Source: Octopus sinensis (Eukaryota). Taken from it: a stretch of DNA of 64,000 nt. Below are positions 26,395 through 40,761 of the stretch, one piece after another. A program made the position numbers and the translations under genes. Under the pieces are notes generated by a model. The model worked only from the letters and a program-made list of their open reading frames with translations. It was not told the DNA's origin and ran no database searches. Every line of letters begins with the position of its first letter. The stretch's first letter is position 1. The stretch spans positions 23,296 to 87,295 of the forward strand of contig NW_021833044.1 in NCBI RefSeq assembly GCF_006345805.1, in the 5' to 3' direction.

Positions 26395-26499
26395 TTCTTC
26401 TTCTTCTTCTTCTTCTTCTTCTTCTTCTTCTTCTTCTTCTTCTTCTTCTTCTTCTTCTTCTTCTTCTTCTTCTTCTTCTTCTTCTTCTTCTTCTTCTTC
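26395..26499. repeat. (TTC)n microsatellite
   Basis: Direct reading. Confidence 0.95.
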
Positions 26500-26519
26500 T
26501 CTCCACTCTCTCCACTCTT

Positions 26520-27600
26520 TCTCAGACGCAAGAAAATTAATACAAATAGCCACGAAACACGAATAATACAAAATAAAAAACTGTTTTCAGTCTTTAAGGA
26601 AGCTGGCAAATACAAAAAAGGAGTCGTGGTACCTAACAACTATGAAGAAAAAGAAGAAACAACAAAAGCTGTAAAACAACTGAAATCCAAACTAAAACTG
26701 GAACAACAACAGATCATGGTAAAACGATGGCAAGAAAAGCCCCTTCATGGCAAATACTGTGTTAAACTAAACGCAAAAGAAATAGACAAAGCAAAATCCC
26801 AACAATGGCTGAGAAGCTCAGGACTCAAAGCAGAGACTGAAGGATTTTTAATTGCAGCATAAGAACAAAACCTTCCCACTAGAAATTACCAAAAACATAT
26901 CATGAAAAGAAACATAACAAGTAGCTGTAGACCATGTGGAGATGGACAAGAAATAATAAACCATACTGTCACAAGCTGCCCAGTCCTGGGTAAGAAGGAA
27001 TATATTCCCTGACAAGACATCGTTTGGGATTTATGTACACTGGAAACTATGCCAACACCATGGGACAACTACAGAAAAAAGATGGTATAGTCACACGCTA
27101 GGAAAGGTCACAGAAAATGAGAAATCAACCATACAATGGAATATGCCAATACACACAGATAGAGAAATTAAGGCCAATAGGTCGTATATAGCTGTTAGTG
27201 ATGACCAAGAAAAAAGAAAAGGTTTCTAATCGGTGCATCAATACCACCAGATAACAAGGTTTCTTTAAAAGAAACGGAGAAACTGTCAAAATGCAAAGAC
27301 CTAGAAATAGAGGTAACTCGAATGTGGAGTCTAAAAACAGAAACACTTCCTATCATAGTAGGTGCATTAGTTATGATAAAAAATATTCAGACAAATACGT
27401 AACAAAAACACCAGGACTAACAAGTATATATAACATACAGAAAATAGCACTATTAGGCACCGCAGACATCCTGCGTAAAATACTTTCAATACAGTATCAA
27501 TAAGAGCATCACCAGAAACCACAGCACATACCGAAGACACACAGAGCTGCCCTAGGTAGTGCAGTGAAAGCACGTGATTAAAATAAGATTACTGAATAAT
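26520..27600 (+). mobile_element. R4/Dong-type non-LTR retrotransposon, 3' part (CCHC finger + restriction-like endonuclease)
   Basis: KPLHGKY, GLKAETEGFLIAA, CRPCGDGQEIINHTVTSCPVL, HWKLC, PIHTDREIKANR, IQKIALLGTA; ends in (AAT)n. Confidence 0.88.
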
Positions 27601-27674
27601 AATAATAATAGTAGTAGTAATAATAATAATAATACCCCAGTGTCACTTTGATGGCATGCACTGATCTCTCACTC

Positions 27675-27714
<40 letters not shown>

Positions 27715-27735
27715 TAATAATAATAATAATAATAA

Positions 27736-28101
27736 TCCCTCTATATATAAACGGCAAAATGTCTATGTGTGTGTCCTTTATACAAATCTACAATTTTTCC
27801 GTTAGAGGGCTCACACTTTCTATGGTCATTCAAAACCATCCAAGAGTGGTCCTGCACATCTCTACATTTCCTCAGGCACCCCACAAAGCCATTAAAAAAA
27901 TCAATAGAAGTGACTTTTTTTATGAATTTTCTATCCAAACCCCAACCAAAATGCCCGAAACTTGATACGCCAATTGAATGCCAGCTAGCTGTATGTGATT
28001 GGTCGAAGATTTGGACAGAACTCGCGTGTATGTGCGCATGCACGCAGCTGTATATGCATGCACAAGAAGTGTGACCCGGCGTTGCCGGTTCATAGTGCTA
28101 G
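27736..28101 (+). mobile_element. Complete non-autonomous Helitron inserted into (AAT)n
   Basis: A|TC 5' end, subterminal hairpin gacccggc gtt gccggttc, 3' CTAG|T, no TSD. Confidence 0.85.
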
Positions 28102-28111
28102 TAATAATAAT

Positions 28112-28672
28112 AAGTGCGTTGATGCAGTATCAGGCAGTGGCTTTTATGGCTTTTCATCTTCACTAATTGGAAGTGTTATCGTGTACATTGTTTTGTCTTG
28201 GTTTAAAAGATGTTTTACAGCAAATATTCTGCTCTATAGCACAGATTTACTTGTCAGTTGTTTGACCTTCACCAGTTGAGCATCTCCCTTTGTCGCTGAC
28301 GATATGTGCATCTCTGACCATGAGCAGAATTAGTGGGGGAATAACATAGCCATGTGTTGAGAGGAATTCTTTGGGGTCTGGATATTTCACATTTGGAAAT
28401 ATGAATGTTTCGTTGAACATCGTTAAACAACCTTTATTCAAAGATCTTTTGAGCGGTATGGGCTACTCAATCAGAAAAACAATTCTAACAGTGCCCCATC
28501 TGTAAGGTCATGCACTGTTCATCGTGATATGAGATCATAATGTCACGCACATATGGTTGTGATGCATGTGCCTGGTGTACCCTTATCAGATGTGTAGTGG
28601 TGATAGGTATACTGTACTTCATATATTTGTACACCAGTGTCGCTTTAATGGCATACACTGATCTCTCACTCA
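28112..28672 (-). mobile_element. Non-coding interspersed repeat bounded by (AAT)n; terminal fragments also at 27634-27676 and 31259-31310
   Basis: Shared terminus gagagakcagtgcatgycatcaaagtgacactg seen three times; orientation tentative. Confidence 0.65.
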
Positions 28673-28767
28673 ATAATAATAAAAATAATAATAATAGTAA
28701 TAATAATAATAATAATGATGATGATAACGATGATAATAATAATAACAATAATAATAATAATAATAAT

Positions 28768-29312
28768 ATGGAACTTCATCATTCAAACTGACAGAAAGAT
28801 AGACGCGAATAGGCCAGACATCATTGTCAAAGACTTCAGACAAAAACATGCCTCCTCATTGATATGACTGTCCCAATCGATATAAACGTATCTGTCAAGA
28901 CCTACCAGAAACTGAGCAAATATAAAGATCTGGAAATAGAAATCAGCAAAATGTGGAACCTGAAGACTAAAACAATACATGTTGTCATAGGTGCCCTGGG
29001 AATGATAGCAAAAGGGGCTGATTACAACCTAACTCTGATACCAGGAAACCCCAAAATGGCAGAAATTCAAAAGATAGTGCTCATGGGAACTGTTCATATC
29101 CTACGCAAACTACTTTCTTTGTAATCTCAACTTTTAAAACAAACATAAGTTTCGTATGGTTTTTTAGGCATTCACTAGTACAACACTAAGTACAAAACCA
29201 AATATATGGCACCCTAGGCATAACACCAACATGGACTTCCAACTTGTTGTCCCTTGAGGTCTCTGGGTGAGACTTGGAGCCAGCTTGTACAAATGCAAAG
29301 CAAAAGTAGAAT
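28768..29312 (+). mobile_element. R4/Dong-type 3' fragment (restriction-like endonuclease)
   Basis: ANRPDIIVKD..CLLIDMTVP..KLSKYKDLEIEI..VVIGALG..IQKIVLMGT; (AAT)n on both sides. Confidence 0.9.
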
Positions 29313-29349
29313 AATAATACCAATAATAATAATAATAATAATAATAATA

Positions 29350-29560
29350 GTTTCTAATTATGCCAAACGGACAGCAATTTTAGGGGAGGGGATGTACCAA
29401 TTATATCGACCCCAGTGTTCAACCTGTGTTTAATTTATCCACGCCGAAAGGATGAAAGGCAAAGTCGACCTCGGTGGAATTTGAACTCAGACCGTAATGA
29501 CGGGCAATATACCGTTACGCGTTTTGTCCAACGTGCAAACGATTCTTCCAGCTCTCCTCC
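29350..29560 (-). mobile_element. SINE family B
   Basis: ccgaaaggatgaaaggcaaagtcgacctcggtggaatttgaactcag. Confidence 0.8.
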
Positions 29561-30074
29561 ATGGATAATAGCAATAAGAGGTGGCAGTTAAAGAAGGAGA
29601 AAAACAAACGAGGGGAAATGGCAGAATAATGGTACCAAGTTTAGTATTAATAGCGCTCATAATACCAATAAAATAGAAACAATAAACGCGAAGATCATTC
29701 CTAGCTACTTGTCTAATTACTAAAGGAACATCTCTTGTAGACTCTATAGGAGACAGCTATAAACTAGCACCAAGAATAACATCAGCGCACACAGTGGTGC
29801 AAGAGGAACTCTTTCATAAATAGATACACCGCTACACGTGAAAGTACATACTCATAGCGTAAGAGACGCTAGTTCCTCCACCCACAGACACATGCACACA
29901 CACAAACACGGACACATATGAAATCTTAATTAATTTAGTAATGAGCATTCTTTTTCCCGATACACACACACACACACAGATAAATGTAAATATACATAAA
30001 TATATATAAATATATATCAGTGTATGAACAGGGATGTACATATACATATACGTGTATATATGCGTATATGTATG

Positions 30075-30125
<51 letters not shown>

Positions 30126-30439
30126 GTTTATATGTATGTATATATACGTGAATGTGTGCGTGTGTGCCTGTGTGTATGTATGTGTATACGTGTCTGTGTG
30201 TGTATGTGTGTGTATAATCAGCGAGAGGAAATGGTTGTCAGACAGAGGCGCGGGCGTTGACTGCGAAGACTATGAAAGTCAACAAGAACATACTTGCATA
30301 CATACTGGAGCCTGGACAATTCCTCGGAAAGAATTACGGCAATATATCACAAATTCTGAACCTATTTATAAGCCTCTTCTATTGTAATGGCGTTGTTAAT
30401 TTGCCCTAAACATACATTTAATTGTTATAACTGTTCTTG

Positions 30440-30473
<34 letters not shown>

Positions 30474-30680
30474 TATTGCTTCTTTTTGTATGCTATTTAT
30501 AATCAATATAGGTGTCATTCTTGTTTTTTTTAAATTTTTCTACAATTTGTTTAATATTAAGTCGATGGTAAACGCGTGTTTTAAATGTCAACTTAGGTTT
30601 CTGATAATTAATTTTCCAATGCTGTTTAATTAGCAAACGTGAGGAACGTCTCTTGCATACACTTACAATTTCTGTTAAAT

Positions 30681-30715
<35 letters not shown>

Positions 30716-31039
30716 TACACACGCACACTCACACACACACATATACACTCACACACACACGCACGCACACACACACATGGAAAGTATATTTAACTTTCTA
30801 ACTCTCGCTTTCCTTCAATGTGTGTACATAGAGACATACAAACACATGGTCACAAATGCGCACACAAACACACACACACACATACACACACAGAGGCACT
30901 CACACACATACACGCGTTAACAAGACTCTTAAACTAGCCTTACAGCCTTCAAATGACGCCACCCCGAGCAGGCCAACAGATGAGAGAAAGATGCGGCTAA
31001 AAGTACAACAGGGATCGCCACCACCCGCTGCCGGAGCCT

Positions 31040-31116
31040 ATTTCTGTTGTTATTCCATAGTGTTGGCATAGCTTCCAGTGTATATAGAGCCCAACACTGT
31101 CGTGTCTGTGAATATA
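31040..31116 (-). mobile_element. Small R4/Dong fragment next to (TTC)n 31117-31247
   Basis: YIHRHDSVGLYIHWKLCQHYGITTE. Confidence 0.75.
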
Positions 31117-31329
31117 TTTCTTCTTCTTCTTCTTCTTCTTCTTCTTCTTCTTCTTCTTCTTCTTCTTCTTCTTCTTCTTCTTCTTCTTCTTCTTCTTCTT
31201 CTTCTTCTTCTTCTTCTTCTTCTTCTTCTTCTTCTTCTTCTTCTTCTCCTCCTCCTCGAACGAGAGAGCAGTGCATGTCATCAAAGTGACACTGCGGTAA
31301 AATATACGACGCACAATGAATTCCCTTTT

Positions 31330-33005
31330 TGATGCCTGTGAATTCCGGAGTTGGGCGAAGTCGAAGCGTCGGCCAGGGATGTTTTCTGAGACCCGCTTGG
31401 TGGGCAGCGGATATTGATATCAATGCGAGAAATAAGAGGACGGTGATCCGTCCAGCGGTCATCTGCACCAGGCATGGAGCGGGTGATGCATACATCTCGT
31501 CTATCCCTGTATCGTGTCAGAACGTAGTCGAGGTCGTGACAGTGTTTAGTCCGTGGGTGTTTCCAGGATGTTTTTTGTCAGGTAGTGAAATGAAATAAGG
31601 GGTTGGTGATGGCGAGTTCATGCTCGTTGCAAAGTCCCAGAAGGGGCAGGCCATTGGCATAGCATTTCCCAATGTCGTGATGGCCAAGAATGCCATTCCA
31701 CAGACAATGGTCACTGCCGACTCTGCCGTTAAAGTGCTCCAACACGACGAGTTTGTCATGTGCGTGATCTGTCTGGATGGTGCTGTCCAGCATGAATGAA
31801 GCCTTGACGTCGTCATCAGATGTGAGGGTAGGGCTTACACAGAGATCAGCGTAAATAAATCTATCCCCAATGAGTGGGATCCGAACAGCCATCAGGCGCT
31901 CAATGACAGCAGTTGGGACTTACTTGTACTTGTACTTGTGACGGCGTTCACCCAGGGCGGGTTGAGCCGGCTACTTCTGTTCCTAACGGCATCACGAACC
32001 ATGGTGGTCCACCCTCGACCGTCCTGTGCGAGGTCACTGGGACGAATTAGCTGGGACAAATCTGTGTTGGTCCAGGAGTTGCGTTTTGATGGCAAGGCCA
32101 ACACCATGCGTGTTTCATTAGCATTCTTCCCCTTCGAAAATATGGTAATTTTGGAGCCAGCTTTTCTGATACTGCCTTCTCCCGGAAGCCTAGTCTCGCT
32201 CAAGGCTGCCCCATCCATGTTGAAGCGGTCAAGTAACTTACAGACGAGTGCTGTACATCACTCTGTTCGATTAATGTCACTCTTGTCCTGAAGTGTGCGG
32301 ATGTTCCAGGCCACGAAAGTGAGAGGTTGTGAAACAGAGGATTTAGTAGAGTTCCGACCGCTAAGTGGGAGGTCTGCCAGCTGCGGTATGCTGGCCAGAT
32401 CGAGTTGCCGTGTCCGATGTTTACACCACCTTTTCTAGGGGCTTCCCCTTCAAGGAAAATCCTAAAGAGGCCAGCCCAATCACGAGTCTAGCTGCCGAAC
32501 TCCAATGTCACGGCTATTCATTGCAGAGCAACCATCTGAGATTCGCCGCCAATGTGTGGTCACTTTCTAGACCTGCCTCTGGTGCCCACGGTGCCATCAA
32601 CATTGAGCTTTTTGAAACAGATTAGAAAGACGAAGCCATTCGCTGAGCAAATTTCTTGAGGTGATCATGACTGCGCGACTGCCACGCGCACGCATTTGGC
32701 CAGGAACGTCTTCACTGCGGCTCAAGAATTGAGATGTGCAGCCTTGATGAGGCCTTTGCGACGACTACCCGAAACGTGTTGCCCTCTTACGCTGGAGTCA
32801 ATACTTGGTGGCTTGAGTTAGCGCTCCTCCACTTGCTCCGCCTTTGGGGTCTTCATGCTGGAGTTTGATCGTGTTTAATCTGGAACCTCATCCTCGACCT
32901 TGCTGCCTTCGTCGTCCCTACCTGGAGTTTAAGACTCCAGACGGTATTGCTATCAGAATCATTGACACACACAAGCCCTTCCACCAAGACAAGGGACGAC
33001 CATCG
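31330..33005 (-). mobile_element. RTE-clade LINE 5' region (5' UTR + APE endonuclease), decayed
   Basis: LTFVAWNIRTL, AALSETRLPGEG, DKLVVLEHFNGRVG, NANG-like ..LLGLCNEHELAITN, TW-HP-SKH-like motif; RTE-like 5' motif ccttgtcttggtggaagggcttg. Confidence 0.85.
31920..32048 (-). mobile_element. Nested RTE 3'-end fragment with (ACAAGT)n tail and 9-bp TSD
   Basis: SDLAQDGRGWTTMV; flanks agttgggac (31911-31919) and agctgggac (32049-32057). Confidence 0.75.
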
Positions 33006-33013
33006 GAAAAGAC

Positions 33014-33057
<44 letters not shown>

Positions 33058-33144
33058 GCATATACATACATATATACATATCTACATATATATACTTAAT
33101 TATTTGACTATGTGTAAACGTGTATATATGTATATATAATATAT

Positions 33145-33199
<55 letters not shown>

Positions 33200-33919
33200 C
33201 ATATACAATGTATATTTAATTATTTGACTCTATGTACGCGTATATATATATATATATATAATACACATCCAGACACACCACAGACATGTACAAACACATA
33301 CATATTGCTAAATGACAAGGAGTAGTCGAGAGAGATGACAACGTAGATTTCGTTTAAATAAATGTCTATTGTTCACACAGCACAGCTTCACTCACAACAC
33401 CTACACAAAATAATGCTTAAGCACACATGCAAGAATACAGAATGTGTGCATATATATATTATTCTTCCTAAATCTCTGTGTATATACTATAGCAATGAGG
33501 AGGAGAAGGGAGTTAATGATTTGAATATATTTGATGCAACGTATTATATTTTCATTTTGATGCTTGAAAGTATTTATTGAAAATCTAAAAACTATGTCTA
33601 CAAATGACCATATCATTATAATGGCATTTTCTATATGATTGATTTGGGATGGTCACTTGGGAAGAGATGGACAAGTATTGTTCAGAGGTCTAGTCTATAA
33701 CTTTTGTTTTGCTACTATACTGTACGACCACCTTCACCAACTCTAACAACAACAGCAATTCAATATAATTTCTGCTCTCAGTTCCCTATCATCTCTAACT
33801 GTATTGTTTTATGTAGCAATATGTTATATATTTTCATATCTACCTGTATATGACGTCTCTAGGGCTTTGATGGAAAATTTGAAGTGATTATATTTGAGAT
33901 GAGGTTTTCTTTTATAATA

Positions 33920-34110
33920 GTGGTTTCAAATTTTGCCACAAGACGAGCAATTTTGGGAAATATTAAGTCTAAAATGTTGACTCCAGTAATCGACTGGTAC
34001 TTATTTTATCGACCTCGAAACGATGAAAGGCAAAGTCAACCTCGGCGGAATTTGAACTCAGAACGTAGCATTTCGTCCAGTGTGCTAACGATTCTATTAG
34101 CTCACCACCT
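33920..34110 (-). mobile_element. SINE family B
   Basis: ctggtacttattttatcgacc..gatgaaaggcaaagtcaacctcggcggaatttgaactcagaac. Confidence 0.8.
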
Positions 34111-34329
34111 TTTCTTTTATAAAAGTATGAAAGAAATATTTCTCTTCATGCTTTAAACAGTAGCTGAATAATGGCGAGATTCTTTAATTTATCTGAATCC
34201 TTCGTGAACAAAGAACTTAAATTTCAGATGGCAAGCACCCTTAAAAACGGTTTGATGCAATATACGAGTGGGCTGACGATAATAATATGTAGTTTAATGC
34301 TTGAAAATTCCAACACTATACTTTTATCA

Positions 34330-34945
34330 AAATTAAATGCAATGCAGATTAAATATATTGGGTGTGGAAAGATTACAGTTCTAGAATCACAGCTAGTTTT
34401 TGACCTAGGCATTGACATGAGTAGTGTGTAGTGGAACTCGAAGCAATCCATAAAGAGCGTATGCTGCATGTAGCAAATTAGCTACTCTGAAAGACTCAAG
34501 ACTGTGGTCCCTGGAACGAGGCGCGAAAGGCATGCTGCAGTACACACCAGGAAGATCCTGGAAGGACTTCTCTCAAACTATAGTGTTGAAAGTAAAACAA
34601 AAATAGGGACAATGTGCTAGGGCATAGTGCGTAAAATCTCAAATCTGTGGTCACAATACATGGCCAAATATTGCAATAGCTTAGGATTCAAGGCCCCACA
34701 ACTCGTAAATGTCCCTCTTAAGAAGCTGACAGACTTCCATGCTGTGGATGTAAAAGTCTTCAAAATTAAACTGGATCTCCCTGAAGAGTCCTAGTTGAAT
34801 GACATGGAACGGAAGTGGGGAAATTGCATCAAATTTCATCATTCAACAAATACTAAGTACTAAAGGAGGACCAATGAAAGTGTAGTAACATCGGTTAGCG
34901 GTGCCCCAGCAGGGCCACAGTCCTCAACCTGTATCTAGTAAAAGA
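34330..34945 (+). mobile_element. Old CR1-group LINE 3' end
   Basis: Similar to 42590-43335 (gaagatcctggaaggactt, tattgcaatagc, ggtgccccagca tail). Confidence 0.7.
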
Positions 34946-35304
34946 GTAACAAATAAGATGTGGCATAATATCAATACTAATGATATAATCAGCTGCTACT
35001 GTCATGATTTCCCCTGGTGTTTGCTAACACCAACTGCAGCTCATAATGCTTCAGTGAAAACAACTTGACTTTTCAATTTAACTGGCGATGGTACATATTT
35101 TGGTTATTAGCAGCGCTTCGACAATAATTTAATTAACTAGTTTCTGAAATGTATTACTAATATAATGGATATTATTTCATTCAAACACCAATCACCCGAT
35201 ATGTTACTCCAAATGACATACCTTGAATAAGTTGGCGAAAATAAAAAAAAAAGATATTTTGTAAACCTTTCTCTCACTTGAAGTATCCAATATATATATA
35301 TATA

Positions 35305-35535
35305 TGGCAGTGGGATAAGTAGCTTGCTTACCACACGCATGATTTCCGGTGCAGTCCCACTGCGTGGCACCTTGGGCCAGTGTATTCTACTATAGCCTCG
35401 GACGGACCAAAACCTTGTCAGTGGATTTGGTGAAGAGAAACTGCTGGTCTTCCATAAGCAACTTTGCCCAGACTTGTGCCTCGTAGAGTAGCTTTTTAGG
35501 TGCAATCCTATAGTCATTTATGACCGAAGGGAGCC
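35305..35535 (+). mobile_element. Chimeric SINE: family A head with family C tail
   Basis: 5' matches 24025-24165; 3' tcttccataagcaactttgcccagacttgt..taggtgcaatc matches reverse complement of 21075-21155. Confidence 0.65.
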
Positions 35536-36222
35536 ACAAGAAACAATACCAAAAATTAAATACATTTATTTTTTTTTATATAGGACCTGGAGATAACGTG
35601 TCGTTGATTATATTCTTCAAACGATTTCTCAGTCTCCATTAATTCAAAAACTTTGGGAAGAGATCAGTGGCAACGAAGAATCTTTATTTTTTTCAAGTAG
35701 ATTGTATAACAAAAAGAATAATACTTTACAAGCCGTTTACTGACCATCGGTCCCAAACATTTAACCATAGACACCCAAGGTGTTAATACACGAGAATTTA
35801 ATATACCATAATATACAAATGATTTTTTTTCTAAAAAATAGGTAATATTTTTCAATAATAATATAAAAAAAAGAATAAAGGAAACTGGAAGAAAATACGA
35901 CATAGATGTCCCTTTTCTGAAGTTGCTGTAGAAGAAAAATGAAATTTTAAGATTAGTGTTTATCGGTTTGAATTGTGATATAGGTTTACATGAGAACGTG
36001 ATTTGCAAAAAAATGTGCTAGTTCACTTAATATATCTAAAAATATGTGCTTGTGCGAGTCCATCTCTCCCTCTCTCTTTCTATATATATATACATGTGTG
36101 TGTGTGTGTGTGTGCGTGTGTATGCTTGTGTGCGTGTGTGCATGTGTGTGTGTGTATAATATATTTGTGTGCTTGTCCGCGTGTGCCTGTTTGTATATAT
36201 GAATACATGTATGCGTATATTA

Positions 36223-36273
<51 letters not shown>

Positions 36274-37155
36274 GGTGTTGTGTGTATCTGTGTATGTACT
36301 TTTATACTTTTATCCAATTATGCATATTTTAAGTACGTATGTGTGAATATGTACATATGTATACTTCTATAAAAATATATACATACATACATACACACAC
36401 ACAAGCATACACACACTTACACGGATATATATATATATATGTGTGTGTGTGTGTATGTATGTAAGTATATACATACCTATATAAGTAGACAGAGATTTAG
36501 AGAAAATTAGATGGATAAACACATGAAAGATATAGATACATAAATCTATAAATGAATGCACACACACGCACTGATGCGCACAAGCACACATACACACAGA
36601 CACACACACAAGCACACACACACACACACACATACGAATTAATCAATAATATATATAAGAAAAATTTATTAAACAAAATTTCGAAACAGTGGCTACAAAA
36701 CATTCTTATTGCATTTTTTTTGTTTCCCTCTCAGCATAGTATAATTAAATACAATATAATTAGTTTAAATCTTACAACAACATCAACATCGACAACAAAA
36801 TTAACGAAAATTTACCACTAAGTGTCAGGAACCAAGGAATTCAAATATAAAAAAATTTGTTAAATAAACCAAACACAATAGAATTATGTAGATGGGCACA
36901 TACAGTCTTTACAATGAAACATCCCGCTTGTACATATTATAAAATGAATTAAATGAAATTTAATTTTATAATAAGCAAATCTAGCACACAAAATAGTAGC
37001 GAAAATATTAACAACAACAACATAAATACATGTACAAAGAAATGGATAATATAGTTATTAATGTTTATGTATACGTATGTGTGTGTATCTGTTTAAATAT
37101 ATTTATGCATATATATATGTATGTGTGTATGTATAATATATATATTATCGCAAGA

Positions 37156-37198
<43 letters not shown>

Positions 37199-37225
37199 AT
37201 ATAATAAATATATATATACATATAT

Positions 37226-37271
<46 letters not shown>

Positions 37272-38132
37272 TATATATATATAGAGAGAGAGAGAGAGAC
37301 AGAGAAATACGCATTTGAATATGCGCGTTATATAATAATATATGTATGTATATAATATATATAGATGTATGTTATATATATAATCTATATTATATATATA
37401 TATTATATATATATATACATAAGAGAAAAAAAGAAATCTGAAGATAGATACATAGATAGATATTATATATATATATATATGTATGTATGAATAAATAAAT
37501 AAATATATATATACATGATATCAATATATTTACATACATAAATCAATTATGCGCGTTTGCATGAGTATATATAAGAGCGTGCGTATCGGTATGCACCAAG
37601 TCATATAGAAGAATCTATGCATGCAGAAACGCTGAAACGATGAATAATCAGAATTATGCAAAAACAAAAACAGAAACAGAAAATACAACCTAGTAAGTAA
37701 CAACAAGAACAACAACAACAGCCTAATAATAAAATAATAATAAAAAAATGATAATAATAATAATAAAATAATAATAATAATAATAATAATGATAATAATA
37801 ATAATACAATAATAATAATATAATAATAATAAAATAATAATATAATAATAATAATAATAATATTAATAATAATAATAATGTATACTAAAATAATCACAAA
37901 ATTGTAATTATACAAAACATATCACAACAAAATACATAGGCATGCATTTAATTAAGCGCAAAGAAATTAGAGAATGACAGCTAAAACATCATATATATAT
38001 ATAAGATATATATATATGGTGTGTGTGTATGTATATATATATATTATATATAATATATATATATATGTATATAGATAGATAGATAGATAGCTAGCATACA
38101 TATATATGTATACAAATGCGTGTGTGTATGTA

Positions 38133-38169
<37 letters not shown>

Positions 38170-38639
38170 CCATTCATATCATATGACGTATAAACAGACA
38201 CAGTCATAAACATAATACAATGATACAAATTGCTTGCACACGTTCATACATATAAGAATAATGTTTGCAAATATGACCCAAACCTAAACTCGCCAGTAGT
38301 TCACTGATGGATTGCTTTGGCAAAGAAAATATGATCACCATAACAAAGAAAAACAATAACAAAGAAACAAAAAACATCAAAATCGAGTCGGCATTTGTAA
38401 GTGACACTACAGGAGCTGAATGTAAATGAAGTAATATTAACTAGTCTCCCACCAGAATGATGTATCGGTGTGCTACGTACATAACACCACATATGGATGA
38501 GGCTAAACGTATGTAAGCACGTATTTGTGTGTGTATATATACGCATTTTAATGTATGCATTTTGTGGCATACACAGACACACACACACATATATATATAT
38601 GTGTGTGTATGTATATATATATATGTGTGTGTGTGTGTG

Positions 38640-38686
<47 letters not shown>

Positions 38687-38853
38687 GTCTGTACATGTAT
38701 GTATAAATGTATAATGTATGCACATGTAAATCTTGGATATAATACATAAACGGCAGTATTAAACCATTGTAACAACATTTGAAGATATGGAGATAAACTG
38801 GTAAGAATGGGAGAGAAAGCATGACATCTTTTGTGTGTGTGTTTATATACATA

Positions 38854-38927
<74 letters not shown>

Positions 38928-39078
38928 AACATATATATGTATAAGAGAACAAAATTTACGTATATATATATATATATGTATAAATACAAAATGGGACAAG
39001 AACGCCAAAACATGCAGAAGACGATACATGTATGTATATTTATATATATGTATATATATTATATATATAATTAAATAT

Positions 39079-39128
<50 letters not shown>

Positions 39129-39469
39129 TCATTCATGTATCTATACATGAATGTGCACATATATGCTATAGAGATTTACAAGGTTGATATGACTTCGAGA
39201 TTTCGCTATTACTCACTGGACATTCAATAAAAGGTAGAAGTTGCTACATCTTCAGTATTTTATCCATTGTCGCCAAAATTTTGTAGTTGAATTCAGAGTC
39301 TTGATTTCAGTCTAACATAGAATTTATACTCCCGTATTTTGCTTCTCATTCAGGTTGAATGTAGGAGTGCATCATTACTCTATACCAGTTCATCGCTTAT
39401 TGGAAAATTACGTTTCGATATTAGTCCGGGAAAGAATCTCTTACGGACGTAATGTTTTTCTTCTTCATC

Positions 39470-40000
39470 ATCATCATCATCGTCATCAAATTCACTTGAT
39501 TGATTAGTCATTCTTTGGTATGCCAACCCGGACTGGTCACCATTCCCTCGTGCGTTGCACGTTCGCTGCGTTGCACGTTCGCTGCGTTGCACGTTCGCTG
39601 CGTTTAGAACCAGTCAAATTATTTATGACAAATCGGGGTTTTCTCTGTCTGCCTTTCTTTCGCCTTTCCTCAATTGTTCTTCGAAAAATGGCTTAGGACG
39701 TGGAGTTTTCACGGAATACATGGCCATACCAGGTAAGCTTTCCTATTATCTTTACCTACGCTAGGAGTTGTTTCTCTCTGCCAGCGCATTCGTTAATGTA
39801 CTGTCTGACGTAGCTATTTGTGTAGCAGCCTTGAACAGCGCTTGTGCACGAATACCCAGATTCTTCGCTCCACGTTAGCTGTAAGAGCCAAGCTCTCATA
39901 CCCATGCACAAGGATCGACGTCAGCACGGTCTTGTAAGATTCTGAGTCTTGTTTAAAGACCACAAATGCATCTAGAGCAGACAAATATCTTCTAATAGCG
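39470..40000 (-). mobile_element. RTE/RTE-X-like LINE 3' end
   Basis: YKTVLTSILVHGYES..ERRIWVF..RCSRLL; (GAT)n tail; internal 16-bp triplication 39551-39604. Confidence 0.65.
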
Positions 40001-40552
40001 CTGATGAGAATACTACATCCGCCTTCTTGTGAAGTTGGGCGTTTTAATAGCATGTACATACTGCGATATAGTAACTGCTTTGCAATACGGTACACCATCA
40101 AGGATGTTATCGCCAAACAAATACCGCAGTTAATTTGCTGCGTATACATGTGTGTGTGTGTGTGTGTGTGGTGGTGTGTGTGTGTGCGCGCGCGTCTAAT
40201 ATCGAATGAATGAATTACACAGCAAATGAATAAATTCTCTAAACATAACAGAAAGTTTTCTTGCAGTCCAACGTGTCTGGGAGATTTTTTAACAACACGT
40301 AATCAGCATTTGGGTGTAATTATTTTCAAAGTGCTGCCTGCCATTGCAGTGTGATGTTATGAAAGTGGACGTTGCCATCCTCAGCGGAAGTCGCTCTGGA
40401 TTAAATAATGACAATGCACCTTACCTTCAATATTTAAATTCATATCAACACAAGTAATATTGATAGAATATACTCATGATATCTTCTACGAAATGTAAAC
40501 AGGTCAGATATAGTTGTTTAAGACAAGCGTAACATATCTACAAATGTTAACC

Positions 40553-40729
40553 AGCGCAGGAGTGGCTGTGTGGTAAGTAGCTTGTTTACCAACCACATGG
40601 TTCCGGGTTCAGTCCCACTGCGTGGCACCTTGGGCAAGTGCCTTCTACTGTAGCCTCGGGCCGACCAAAGCCTTTTGAGTGGATTTGGTAGAAGGAAACT
40701 GAAAGAAGCCCGTCGTATATATGTATATT

Positions 40730-40761
<32 letters not shown>

